NCBI GenBank assembly: GCA_021163145.1
Contig: JAGGXH010000038.1
Coordinates: 1-40,741, forward strand
DNA: 40,741 nucleotides
Direction of reading: 5' to 3'
From: Candidatus Aenigmatarchaeota archaeon
GTDB lineage: Archaea > Aenigmatarchaeota > Aenigmatarchaeia > Aenigmatarchaeales > Aenigmatarchaeaceae
The notes beneath the pieces were generated by a model. It worked only from the letters and a program-made list of their open reading frames with translations, made no database searches and had not been told where the DNA came from. Below, piece after piece: positions 22,395 through 32,177 of the stretch. Position 1 is the first letter of the stretch. Each line of letters begins with the position of its first letter. The position numbers were made by a program, and so were the translations under genes.

Positions 22395-25336
22395 TTTACA
22401 ACACCATAATAATATTTTTTACCTTCAAATTCTAAAACATCTTCTCCTTTTTTGAACTCGACATTACTACCTGTTGCTTTTTCAATAATTTCTTTTGAAT
22501 CTTTAAATACATCATCTAAATAAACAGTTACTTTATCATTAACATTTAATCCCAATTGTTTTCTTTTATCTTGTATTGCTCGTATCATTTCTCTTAATAA
22601 CCATTCTTTTTTCAATTCATCTGTTACATTTGTATTTAAAATTATTTTTCCACCATCAAATTCCTTTCCTTCACCTTCTTTTGCTGAAAATATAAGATCT
22701 TCTTTGTCTAATTCAAATTCCCCTAATTTTATTTTTTCTTTGCCAAATAATTTATTGGCATCTTCTTTTTCTAATAATTTTTCAATTTCTTTTATATTTT
22801 TTCCAAATTTCTTTCCAGCAACTTTATAATTTATTTTTACAGAGTAATTTATTTTCTCATCAGAAAATTCTATTTCCTTTACATTTGCAATACTCTTTAA
22901 TAATTCTTTTAGATTTTCAACAGCAATTCTAACATTTTCATTTCCACTAATTGTTAATTTTGGTAATATATATTTTAACTTAATTTTATTTTCTTGCCTT
23001 GCAAAATTAGATGCTTCAACAATATCTTGAATTATTTTCATTTGTTTTTCTAATTCTTTATCTATTAATGAATTATCTGGTTCTGGCCAGTCTTCTAAAT
23101 GTATTGATTCCTTTTGTTTGAAAAACTTCTGATAAATATATTCTGTTAAAAATGGTGTAACAGGTGCAAGCAGTTTAATAAGTTTTTCTAAAACATAATA
23201 AAGAACACCACCAACTTCAGATGATCTATTTCTTATATATTTTACATAAGATCTACTGAAATCATTTAAAATGAAATTTTCTAATATGTTTACTGCTTCA
23301 TAATGTTTCATTTGCTCTATTTTACTATCTATTTCTGGAATTATACTATTAATTCTTGACAATATCCATTTATCTTCAGATTTAAGATTATTTAGATCAG
23401 TTTTTTTACAATATGTTTCAATAAATTTAACAACATTCATTAATGTTGTTAATATTCTAGATTCTTCTGCAATTTTATCCCAATTAAAATTAATATCTAT
23501 GCTAGAATCCATATCTAAGTAAAAATATCTTAAAACATCTAATCCATATTTTTCTGAAAATTCTGCTGGACTTATTCCTCCTTTTGATTTAGATAATTTT
23601 GATTTTCCATGAGCTTCTAAAACAAATCCATGATAAACAACATTTTTAAATGGTGTTTGATTAAATGTAATTACACCTGTAATCATTTGAGAATTCCACC
23701 ATCCTCTTATTTGATCAGAACCTTCTAAAATTAAATCAGCTGGCCACATTTCCTCAAACAATTCTTTCTTTTTTGGATATCCTAATGATGCCCATGAGCA
23801 AACACCAGAATCAAACCATACATCTAAAATATCTGGTGTTCTTTTCATTTTACCTCCACATTCGCATTGTAATTCTATTTTATCAATATATGGTCTATGA
23901 ATGTCTTCTATTTTCTCTGGAAGTTCATCTGAAGATCCAAGTACTTTTATTTTATTACATTTTTCACATTCCCATATAGGTAAAGGTATTCCCCAATATC
24001 TTTGTCTTGAAATAGGCCAGTCATCTAATGAATGTAACCAATTATCAAATCTCTTTCCTGCCCAGTCTGGGCTCCATCTGACTTTTTTGTTTTCTTCAAT
24101 TAATTTATCTCTGATTTTACTTATTTTAAAGAACCATTGTGGAACTGAAATAAATAATAGAGGAGATTCACATCTCCAGCAATGAGGATATTCATGTGAT
24201 ATTTTTTCAGAATAAACAAACAAACCTTTATTTTTTAATTCTTCAATTATGTCCTGATCTGCATCTTTTACAAATCTTCCAGCATATTTTCCAGCTTCTT
24301 CTTTATATTTTCCTTCCATATTTACAGGGGATAGTACTGCTAAACCATTTTCTCTTCCAGCTCTATAATCTTCTAATCCATGACCAGGTGCAGTATGAAC
24401 CAATCCTGTTCCTGTTTCTAATGTTACATATTGTGCAGAATTAATTACCTTTGGCTCTATATTTTTTTGCAAAGGCAATTCTTTAAATGGACTTTCATAT
24501 TTTATTCCATTTAATTCAGAACCTTTTACAATTTTTATTATTTGATATTCTTTTCCTATTTTTTGCATTAAATTATCAATAAGTTCTTTTGCAATTATCC
24601 ATGTTTCATTGTCAACTTTTATATAAGCATAGTCAAATTTTGGGTGAACCATGACCCCTGTATTTGCTAATAATGTCCATGGCGTTGTTGTCCATACAAC
24701 AAGATATTCAGAATCCTTGATTTTAAATTTAACATAAATAGATGTATCTTTTACATTCTTGTATATTATTTCATTGTAAGCAACTGCTGTTTCACATTTA
24801 GGACATATATGTATTGGATATATTCCTTTGTATAACAATCCTTTTTCAAATGCAACTTTAAATGTATACCATGCACCATTCATATATTCTTGATCTAATG
24901 TTAGATAAGGATGTTTCCAATCAAACCATACACCAAGATTATTAAATTCATTACTCATAACATCTATGTATTTTGTTGCCCATTCATAACATTTTTTTAT
25001 AAATTTTTCAATTCCAATTTTTTCAATTTCTTGCTTTGTTTTTAGACCAAGTTCTTTTTGTACTTTATTTTCAATTGGCATTCCATGACAATCATATCCA
25101 GGTTGACACCAAACATTAAAGCCTTTCATTCTATAATATCTAATATAAAAATCTTTCAGTATTTTATTCAAAGCAGTTCCTACATGAATTGATCCAGATG
25201 CATATGGAGGTCCATCTAAGAAAAAGAATCTTTTATTACCTTCTCTTGATTTTATTACTTTTTCTGGAATATTATTCTCTTTCCAGTATTTGCTTATTTG
25301 TTTATCAATTTCTCTTAGATCTACCATACAAATCAC
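22391..25336 (-). CDS. ileS: Isoleucyl-tRNA synthetase
   Basis: PPYASGSIHVGTALNK (HIGH region), WTTTPWTL, KLSKSKG (KMSKS region), and Zn-type C-x2-C pairs. About 980 aa. The start could also be the ATG at 25327. Confidence 0.9.
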   Translation of the reverse strand: MICMVDLREIDKQISKYWKENNIPEKVIKSREGNKRFFFLDGPPYASGSIHVGTALNKILKDFYIRYYRMKGFNVWCQPGYDCHGMPIENKVQKELGLKTKQEIEKIGIEKFIKKCYEWATKYIDVMSNEFNNLGVWFDWKHPYLTLDQEYMNGAWYTFKVAFEKGLLYKGIYPIHICPKCETAVAYNEIIYKNVKDTSIYVKFKIKDSEYLVVWTTTPWTLLANTGVMVHPKFDYAYIKVDNETWIIAKELIDNLMQKIGKEYQIIKIVKGSELNGIKYESPFKELPLQKNIEPKVINSAQYVTLETGTGLVHTAPGHGLEDYRAGRENGLAVLSPVNMEGKYKEEAGKYAGRFVKDADQDIIEELKNKGLFVYSEKISHEYPHCWRCESPLLFISVPQWFFKISKIRDKLIEENKKVRWSPDWAGKRFDNWLHSLDDWPISRQRYWGIPLPIWECEKCNKIKVLGSSDELPEKIEDIHRPYIDKIELQCECGGKMKRTPDILDVWFDSGVCSWASLGYPKKKELFEEMWPADLILEGSDQIRGWWNSQMITGVITFNQTPFKNVVYHGFVLEAHGKSKLSKSKGGISPAEFSEKYGLDVLRYFYLDMDSSIDINFNWDKIAEESRILTTLMNVVKFIETYCKKTDLNNLKSEDKWILSRINSIIPEIDSKIEQMKHYEAVNILENFILNDFSRSYVKYIRNRSSEVGGVLYYVLEKLIKLLAPVTPFLTEYIYQKFFKQKESIHLEDWPEPDNSLIDKELEKQMKIIQDIVEASNFARQENKIKLKYILPKLTISGNENVRIAVENLKELLKSIANVKEIEFSDEKINYSVKINYKVAGKKFGKNIKEIEKLLEKEDANKLFGKEKIKLGEFELDKEDLIFSAKEGEGKEFDGGKIILNTNVTDELKKEWLLREMIRAIQDKRKQLGLNVNDKVTVYLDDVFKDSKEIIEKATGSNVEFKKGEDVLEFEGKKYYYGVVK

Positions 25337-25378
25337 TTTATCATCTAAATTTATATAGTTTATATATTAACTGTATTT

Positions 25379-25744
25379 ATGGCAGAGTGTGCTCTCTGTG
25401 GTTCTAAGAATGCAAACAGGAAAACTGAAATTGATGGTGTTGTTCTAGATGTTTGTAATAATTGTGTCAAATTTGGAAAAGAAATAGCAATTGTTAGAAA
25501 GGGGAATATAAGTAGAAATATTAATAGGTCATTTGAGATAGAAGATGTTGTAGAAGATCTTCCACAAATAATTAGAAAACAAAGAGAAAAAATGGGATTA
25601 AAGCAAGAAGAACTTGCTCAGAAAATAGGTATAAAACATAATTTAATAAAAAGAATAGAAGAAGGATGGTATCCTGATAATTCTATAATAGAGAAATTAG
25701 AAAAATTTTTTAAGATAAAATTAAAGAGATCTATAGAAGAATAA
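25379..25744 (+). CDS. mbf1: Archaeal multiprotein bridging factor 1 (zinc ribbon plus XRE HTH)
   Basis: CALCGS...CNNC zinc ribbon followed by IRKQREKMGLKQEELAQKIGIKHNLIKRIEEG. Confidence 0.8.
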   Translation: MAECALCGSKNANRKTEIDGVVLDVCNNCVKFGKEIAIVRKGNISRNINRSFEIEDVVEDLPQIIRKQREKMGLKQEELAQKIGIKHNLIKRIEEGWYPDNSIIEKLEKFFKIKLKRSIEE

Positions 25745-25783
25745 AAGATATTGATTTATTAATTAAGAAATCAAAATGATAAT

Positions 25784-27076
25784 ATGTTTAAGCCACCAAA
25801 AGGTACAAGAGATTTAGAGCCCGATGATATGATATTAAGAGATAAAATTATAGAAAAAATAAAAGAGATTTTCGAAAGATATGGCTATTTACCATTAATA
25901 ACCCCTGCATTTGAAGAATTATCAACATTAACAGCAAAAGGAGGTATCGGGCCAGAGGCAGTTAAACAAATTTATAGTTTTAAAGATAAAGCTGAGAGAG
26001 AATTGGGACTAATCTATGATTTAACTGTACCATTAGTACGTTACATAACCACGAATCCTGATATTAAACTTCCATTTAAAAGATATCAGATAAGCAGAGT
26101 TTGGCGCTATGAAGATATAAGTAAAGGAAGATATCGTGAATTTTGGCAAGCTGATATAGATATTGTTGGCTCAAGTTCGATGTTAGCTGATTCTGAAATC
26201 ATTGCGTGTGCAATTGATGCTTTTAAGAATATTGGTTTTAAAAATTTTATTATAAGATTAAATAATCGAAAAATATTGTCTGCTTTAATAGAATATGCTG
26301 GTGTTGATAAAAATAAGATTGAAGATGTTCTGAGAACTATTGATAAATTTGATAAAATTGGTAGAAAAGGTGTTGAAGAAGAACTATTGAATATAAGAAA
26401 AATAAATAAAGTTAGCTGTGATAAAATTTTAGAATTAATAGAAATAAAAGGAAAACCAAAAGATATTTTAAAGAAAGCTGAAAATATTATTAAAGATATA
26501 AAAATAGGAATAGATGGAATAAAGGAACTGAATGAAATAATTTTCTATTTAGAAAAAATGGAGGCAATTGATGTTATAAAAATTGATTTTAGTTTAGCAA
26601 GAGGTTTAGATTATTATACAGGACCAATATTTGAAGTTTTTATTGAAGAAAATATAGGAAGTCTTGCTGGTGGTGGAAGATATGATAAAATGATAGGATT
26701 GTTTTCAAAAAAAGATATACCTGCTGTAGGAATAAGTTTAGGCTTAGATAGAATTGTAGAGATTGTAAAAGAAAAGAAAATATTTGAGTTACCTAAAACA
26801 AATATAAAAGTTTTTGTAATTCCTGTTAATAAGAATTTGATACCCTATGCCTTAGAAATTTCCCAAAAAATAAGAAAAGAAAAAATTAACTGTATCATAG
26901 ATTTAATGAATAGGAAATTATCTAAAAATTTTGAATATGCAAATTCTCAAAAAATCCCATTTGTAATAATAATTGGTGAGAAAGAAATTAAACAAAATAA
27001 ACTTCGTCTAAGAGACATGGTTACAGGTAAAGAAGAATTATTAGATATGAAGGATATTATTAAAAAGCTAAAATAA
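25784..27076 (+). CDS. hisS: Histidyl-tRNA synthetase
   Basis: PKGTRDLEPDDM, FKRYQISRVWRYE, EFWQADIDIVG, GGGRYD, and a C-terminal anticodon-binding domain. Confidence 0.9.
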   Translation: MFKPPKGTRDLEPDDMILRDKIIEKIKEIFERYGYLPLITPAFEELSTLTAKGGIGPEAVKQIYSFKDKAERELGLIYDLTVPLVRYITTNPDIKLPFKRYQISRVWRYEDISKGRYREFWQADIDIVGSSSMLADSEIIACAIDAFKNIGFKNFIIRLNNRKILSALIEYAGVDKNKIEDVLRTIDKFDKIGRKGVEEELLNIRKINKVSCDKILELIEIKGKPKDILKKAENIIKDIKIGIDGIKELNEIIFYLEKMEAIDVIKIDFSLARGLDYYTGPIFEVFIEENIGSLAGGGRYDKMIGLFSKKDIPAVGISLGLDRIVEIVKEKKIFELPKTNIKVFVIPVNKNLIPYALEISQKIRKEKINCIIDLMNRKLSKNFEYANSQKIPFVIIIGEKEIKQNKLRLRDMVTGKEELLDMKDIIKKLK

Positions 27077-27104
27077 TTTATTAAACAAATGTCAATTATT
27101 ATTT

Positions 27105-28290
27105 ATGTTCTATGTTAAACCCTCGAAGCATATGAAAGAAAATTTATTAAAATTCATAAATAGGACTGGTGGTATTAAATGCGCTTCTAAGTTCCTAAAT
27201 ACAAGTCCCAATAACATATATAGATGGTTACGTGGAGAAAGAGCTTATCCATATAGTCTATGTATAGAAATTGCGAAAAAAATGAATATGAATATTTGGA
27301 AAATGCTAAACAATGAACAAATTAAATCTATGACTTCAAATAATTATTGTAGAATAAGACAGAGGATAAGTGAAGAGGAGTTCAATATATTAGCATGGAT
27401 ATTAGCTGATGGGAACATGGGAGGCAAGAACAACGATATTACAATTTCACAACAAAATAGAAAGGCACTCGAAAAACTAGCAATTCTAATTGAAAACAAT
27501 TTTCAAACAAATAATATAACACACTTTAATCGTGATAGATCAAATTGGAAATTGGATATAGCTAATAGAGGAATAAAATATTATTTCAATTTGCGTTATA
27601 ATATCCCACTTGATAGGAAGTGTAATAAAATTAGAGTTCCATTAAAACTTTATAACTCTAGTAAAAATGCTAAATTAGCATTCTTAGCAGTGTCCATTGA
27701 AGCCGATGGAACTTTTTCATTTTATAGAAGAATAAAGAAAAGTGGTAAAATGTACATTGTACCAAGAGTAACATTTGCAAGTAATAGTTTAGAATTTCTA
27801 AAAAGGTGTACAAACATTACTTAATTCTCTTAATTACGATAGTAAAATATATAGAAATAGAGAAAAGTTCAAACTCTCAATATTAAAGATAAATCATTGT
27901 ATAAGGTTTTTCTTTGAAATATTTCCATTTATGATACATCCAGAAAAAATAAATGATTTTAAAAATTCTATATCTTCTAAAGAGATATTAAATATTATTA
28001 GAATTAGAGATTGTGGTAATTTGTTATCTAAATTTAAAAACAAAACAAATAAAACATGGTCAGAACTAATTTCGTGCTTTGAGATATTTAGCAATTTTAA
28101 TAGTAATACAATTAGAAACTGGTCATATGATTTCTATCCAATACCACTTTCAGTAATTATTTGGTTATGCGATAAATTAAATAAAGATTACTTCAAATAT
28201 ATTCCAAAAGAATTATCTGTAGTTCTATGGGTGCATAATAAGATCTCAACTAAACAGTTTAATAAAATCGCAAAGGTGAAAAAGAATTAA
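27105..28290 (+). pseudogene. Free-standing double-motif LAGLIDADG homing endonuclease gene, split by a frameshift in an A5 run (27800-27804)
   Basis: ORF 27105-27824 contains LAWILADGNMGG and LAFLAVSIEADGTFSF. Just downstream of the second motif it ends as ...LEFLKRCTNIT*. Frame 1 is open from 27802 and reads KGVQTLLNSLNYDSKIYRNREKFKLSI..., the expected continuation, running into the listed ORF 27931-28290. Confidence 0.7.
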
Positions 28291-28348
28291 AGGAAAATAA
28301 ATTTAAAATTAAAAATATGGAAACAGGTAAAGAGGATATAATTAAAAT

Positions 28349-28918
28349 TTAATTACATATATGTTCTCCATTTTCTACTTTATGTGTGCACTCATAAAGT
28401 GCTTCTATTTTTCCTTCTACATATATCTTAATTACAAATTCTTTATCTATTATACTATCTGGTATATCATTTAGTTCTAATTCAAATTTACCGTTTTTAT
28501 CAACAGTAGTTTCTACTTGTTTTACTATCTCATTATTGTAGAATATCTTTGCAATTACTTTAGACCCTTTTTCAACTAAATTCTCATTTTTGTATCCAAG
28601 AGTTCCTGTTAATTTTATATCATATTGGGGTTCTATATATGTACATAGAGTTCCTAAACATAATTCATAATTTCCACCTTTATATGTTTGTATATGGTTT
28701 TTAGTTAGTGGTTGGGAAATAACAATATCTAATAAACAACCATTTGAATCTCCTATTTTACAATCATCATTTATTAATTTGTTTCCTGATACAAATAATC
28801 CATTTATCTTATAATTGTTTGTTTGTGTTAAGAACATTCCTGTCATTGTAGTTGCATAAGATGCAATAATTAATACTAGTAAAATTGAAATACAAAGTAC
28901 TAATATTTTATTATTCAT
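28349..28918 (-). CDS. Secreted/anchored protein with a beta-sandwich-like C-terminal part
   Basis: Signal/anchor MNNKILVLCISILLVLIIASYA. The segment KGSKVIAKIFYNNEIVKQVETTVDKNGKFELELNDIP resembles carboxypeptidase-regulatory-like folds. Last gene of a minus-strand three-gene cluster. Confidence 0.55.
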   Translation of the reverse strand: MNNKILVLCISILLVLIIASYATTMTGMFLTQTNNYKINGLFVSGNKLINDDCKIGDSNGCLLDIVISQPLTKNHIQTYKGGNYELCLGTLCTYIEPQYDIKLTGTLGYKNENLVEKGSKVIAKIFYNNEIVKQVETTVDKNGKFELELNDIPDSIIDKEFVIKIYVEGKIEALYECTHKVENGEHICN

Positions 28919-28942
28919 GATACATCAGCGCTAATATTTAAT

Positions 28943-31258
28943 TCAAACTGCAGCATACCAAAATACTACCATACAATCCCTTTCTTTATCAGATGGGCAA
29001 ATACAATTGTTACTAGCAGAACTACTATCACAATCAGTATTCATAGCATCAACAAGATAGTATTCTTTTCCGTTAATATTTATATTTGTAACAGGAGCTA
29101 CCGTGAGACCAGGAGATACTTTAAACGAAACTGGTAATAAACTTGTATGGTATGTAAACGTTCCATCATTATAATTAAAATCAAGAGTTACATCAGTTCC
29201 TAATTCAAGTTTATTATCTTTGATGAATGCTGCTGTTTCAGCAATGTAGACATTACCATCAACATTTAAATCACCATCATCAACATTTAAATCACTTTTA
29301 ATATTTATATTTCCATCTGTATCTATAGTCATTCTTCTATAATTTTCAAGCTCAGTATCACTTAATGTATATTTAGAATTTGATGCATCACTTCTAGTGA
29401 AAAATCCTATTTTACCACCATTTTCAAACCTTATCATTGAAAAATCTGTATATTGACTTCCGTCTGGACTTATTACCCATTTTCCTTCGTTTTCATCAAA
29501 CATAATGTTTTGACCTATTAATCCTCTTGTCCAACTTATTAATGAAGAAGATGGTGCTTGGAAGTACATTCTTCTTACTTTTAGGAACTTGTTTACAGCT
29601 TCTATAAATATATTACCAGTGCTTACTAATATATTACCATCTGATTTTATTGTAACATCAATACTATCTGAATCACCACCTAATGTTAAGGCATTACCAT
29701 TTTGATCATATAACATCGGTCCAGCTGAAGTAGGTCTTGATAAACCAATTGCATAAAACTTTGATCCAACACTTTTTACCGCTTCTACTATACCACTTGT
29801 AAATACCTTAAATACAGGTTGAAATTCTGAATTTACTAATGAACCTATTACAAATGCATCTCCAGTGTTGTCACCAACATTAACTCTTAATTCTGTCCAA
29901 TCATTTCCTTTATTATATCTTGCGATCCACAATGGATCACTATTATCACTGTTCCATGTATCCCAATCATCTCCACCTGAAAAAATCAATTTATTACCAT
30001 AATTTTCTCCAGTTGCATCATCTTCATCAGTTACTTTTCCTATTCTTAAGTCACCATCTATTACATCTCCATTACTATTTACAAATCTAGAGTCACATGA
30101 TGCACAATCTGTTGAAGCTGAACATAATTTATTTGCAGGTGTACAAACTCTTGACCCAGCTTCTTTTAATGTTCCAGAAACACTTAAATCACCAATAACA
30201 TGTGTTCCACCTTCAAAATCACCACCAAAGTTTATATATAAACTATCTGGTGGATTATCATAATGTACTAATGCACGTTGTAATGTTTTACTTCCTTTTG
30301 GTCTGCTATCTCTTGTTCCTAATTTAATATCTGTTCCACCTACAATAAGATATCCTCCAGTGGTTAGTGAATCATCTGTTACAATACTTCCTTTAGAATA
30401 AATACCTTTTGCAGGAACTTTATCAGCATCTGAATATTGATTTGATACTAACAATGATCCTACTCTAATTTGTTGTGCATCCCAATTATTTGAATTAAAG
30501 AACCCAAGTGCATCTGGTGATCTTATAGCACTTCCAGGAAGTGATATCCATCCTTCAGTTGCATCTAATAATATACCATTAATATTTAAATCATCAAGTA
30601 ATTTTACAACACCGCTTGCTGATTTTAATACAAGATCTCTATTATCATAACTATAAATTGTAAAATCATTTCCATCTCCATAATATATATCATCATCATT
30701 CCACATTATACCTCCAATACGGTTTCCTACACTATTTAAGAATCTAATATAATTATAATGTACAGGACTATCTTCTGAACCTCCAAACATCCAGATATCA
30801 ACTATACCTTTTAAAGGATTTAAGTTCATATCAAGTATACCATTCATTATATCTCCAGTTTGATCTATCCATCTATCTGCTTCTGTATCTTTAGAATTAA
30901 ATGCATATGCTACACTTGTTAATGGAACTCTTTCATTAAACACTTGTCTATCAATTGTTACTTGTATATACCATGGTTGTTTGAAATCAATATTATTAGG
31001 AACAGTTATATCTGCATTAAATATCCCTTTTGAATCTGTATTTATTTTTGTATTAACACTTGCTTCACATGCAGTGCCCGCATATTTGGAACTACAAAAT
31101 TCAAATGTTGCATCTAAACCAACTTGGTTACTTATTGGCCTATTTGTTGTTGCATCAGCTAATCTTCCTTGAATACTTATTGTATTTGGTATTGATGCTA
31201 AAACAATAGAACTAAATAAAAACAAACTTAAAATTGAAAATAAAAATATTTTTTTCAT
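28943..31258 (-). CDS. Large secreted fibre-like surface protein (771 aa)
   Basis: Signal peptide MKKIFLFSILSLFLFSSIVLASIP. The N-terminal TISIQGRLAD...N.P and QTGDIMNGILDMNLNPLKGI motifs resemble those recurring in tail-fibre-like or surface fibre proteins. Cys-rich C-terminus. Confidence 0.6.
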   Translation of the reverse strand: MKKIFLFSILSLFLFSSIVLASIPNTISIQGRLADATTNRPISNQVGLDATFEFCSSKYAGTACEASVNTKINTDSKGIFNADITVPNNIDFKQPWYIQVTIDRQVFNERVPLTSVAYAFNSKDTEADRWIDQTGDIMNGILDMNLNPLKGIVDIWMFGGSEDSPVHYNYIRFLNSVGNRIGGIMWNDDDIYYGDGNDFTIYSYDNRDLVLKSASGVVKLLDDLNINGILLDATEGWISLPGSAIRSPDALGFFNSNNWDAQQIRVGSLLVSNQYSDADKVPAKGIYSKGSIVTDDSLTTGGYLIVGGTDIKLGTRDSRPKGSKTLQRALVHYDNPPDSLYINFGGDFEGGTHVIGDLSVSGTLKEAGSRVCTPANKLCSASTDCASCDSRFVNSNGDVIDGDLRIGKVTDEDDATGENYGNKLIFSGGDDWDTWNSDNSDPLWIARYNKGNDWTELRVNVGDNTGDAFVIGSLVNSEFQPVFKVFTSGIVEAVKSVGSKFYAIGLSRPTSAGPMLYDQNGNALTLGGDSDSIDVTIKSDGNILVSTGNIFIEAVNKFLKVRRMYFQAPSSSLISWTRGLIGQNIMFDENEGKWVISPDGSQYTDFSMIRFENGGKIGFFTRSDASNSKYTLSDTELENYRRMTIDTDGNINIKSDLNVDDGDLNVDGNVYIAETAAFIKDNKLELGTDVTLDFNYNDGTFTYHTSLLPVSFKVSPGLTVAPVTNININGKEYYLVDAMNTDCDSSSASNNCICPSDKERDCMVVFWYAAV

Positions 31259-31269
31259 TATATTTCACC

Positions 31270-31878
31270 TCAACTTACTTTGATATTTAATACAGTTTTT
31301 TCATCTGTTATTGATAATCTGCTTATATCAACAATATTTCCTTGTTGTCCTTCAGTAAATTCAAACTCAATTACTACAGTTAGTGTTATAAAGTCAATAT
31401 TTTTATCAAATTTAATGTCAATAGCATTATTTTCATTTTGGTCAACTATTATATCTCCATTAAAGCCTGTTCCTTGTATTGTAACATCTTTTGGATAATA
31501 CCATTTAAATTTTAGTATTTTTTTCTTTATATCTTTATCACATCTTTGCCACAAATGCTTTTCAAGATTTATTGGTGTCCATGCTTGTTCATCACATATA
31601 TTTGATTTAGATTGGATGGTGTAATATATACCATCTTGTTCTACTACAAGCCCACCTCTTTTAACAGAAAATAAACATCTATTTGATGTTCCTGTTCGTG
31701 CAGTATCTATTAATTTATCATTACATATTTCAAATTCTTTTTTTATTTTATTTATTTCCATTATATCTAAAGATTTTTGCAATGAATTATATGCCCATGG
31801 TAATGCAAAAGCTGCTAATGCTGTTGCAATTGCAAATATAAGCACTGCTTGAATAATTGTTGATGAACCTTTTTTCAT
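31270..31878 (-). CDS. Pilin-like protein (MKKG|SSTIIQAVLIFAIATALAAFAL)
   Basis: Class III signal-peptide-like N-terminus. Lies 11 nt upstream of the 771-aa gene on the same strand. Confidence 0.6.
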   Translation of the reverse strand: MKKGSSTIIQAVLIFAIATALAAFALPWAYNSLQKSLDIMEINKIKKEFEICNDKLIDTARTGTSNRCLFSVKRGGLVVEQDGIYYTIQSKSNICDEQAWTPINLEKHLWQRCDKDIKKKILKFKWYYPKDVTIQGTGFNGDIIVDQNENNAIDIKFDKNIDFITLTVVIEFEFTEGQQGNIVDISRLSITDEKTVLNIKVS

Positions 31879-31948
31879 AATTATAGTTTAAATTTTCAAT
31901 ATATAAAGAAATAACTAATTATATCTGAAGAGAGCATTTAATTCATAT

Positions 31949-32053
31949 TTAATTTGTTAAAAAATTATCTTCAATAACAAGTCCGCATCTTTTACAAATA
32001 AGCTCTCTCATATTCTTTACAAATTCATGGGAACCACATTCAGGACATGTCAT
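31949..32053 (-). CDS. Stand-alone TFIIB/TFB-type zinc-ribbon mini-protein, 34 aa
   Basis: Not in the ORF track. Translation: MTCPECGSHEFVKNMRELICKRCGLVIEDNFLTN matches the TFB N-terminal ribbon pattern CP-x-CG......D....E.VC..CG.V(I/L).(E/D). Confidence 0.5.
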   Translation of the reverse strand: MTCPECGSHEFVKNMRELICKRCGLVIEDNFLTN

Positions 32054-32177
32054 AATTATAAAATATTTATTCTGTTTTTAAAGCATTTTTTCAATACAAT
32101 ATATATATTTCTAAATATTGATACGGATTGCCGAGTAAACACAACTTTATAAATACTTTGAAAAGCTACATTTTTGT

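Noticed and set aside
21218-25407. Plus-strand ORFs inside the DHH, HD and ileS genes (21218, 21845, 22045, 22148, 23773, 23901, 24196, 25189)
   Set aside because: All are antisense to motif-supported genes.
27894-28094. 66-aa minus-strand ORF
   Set aside because: It is antisense to the C-terminal continuation of the LAGLIDADG gene.
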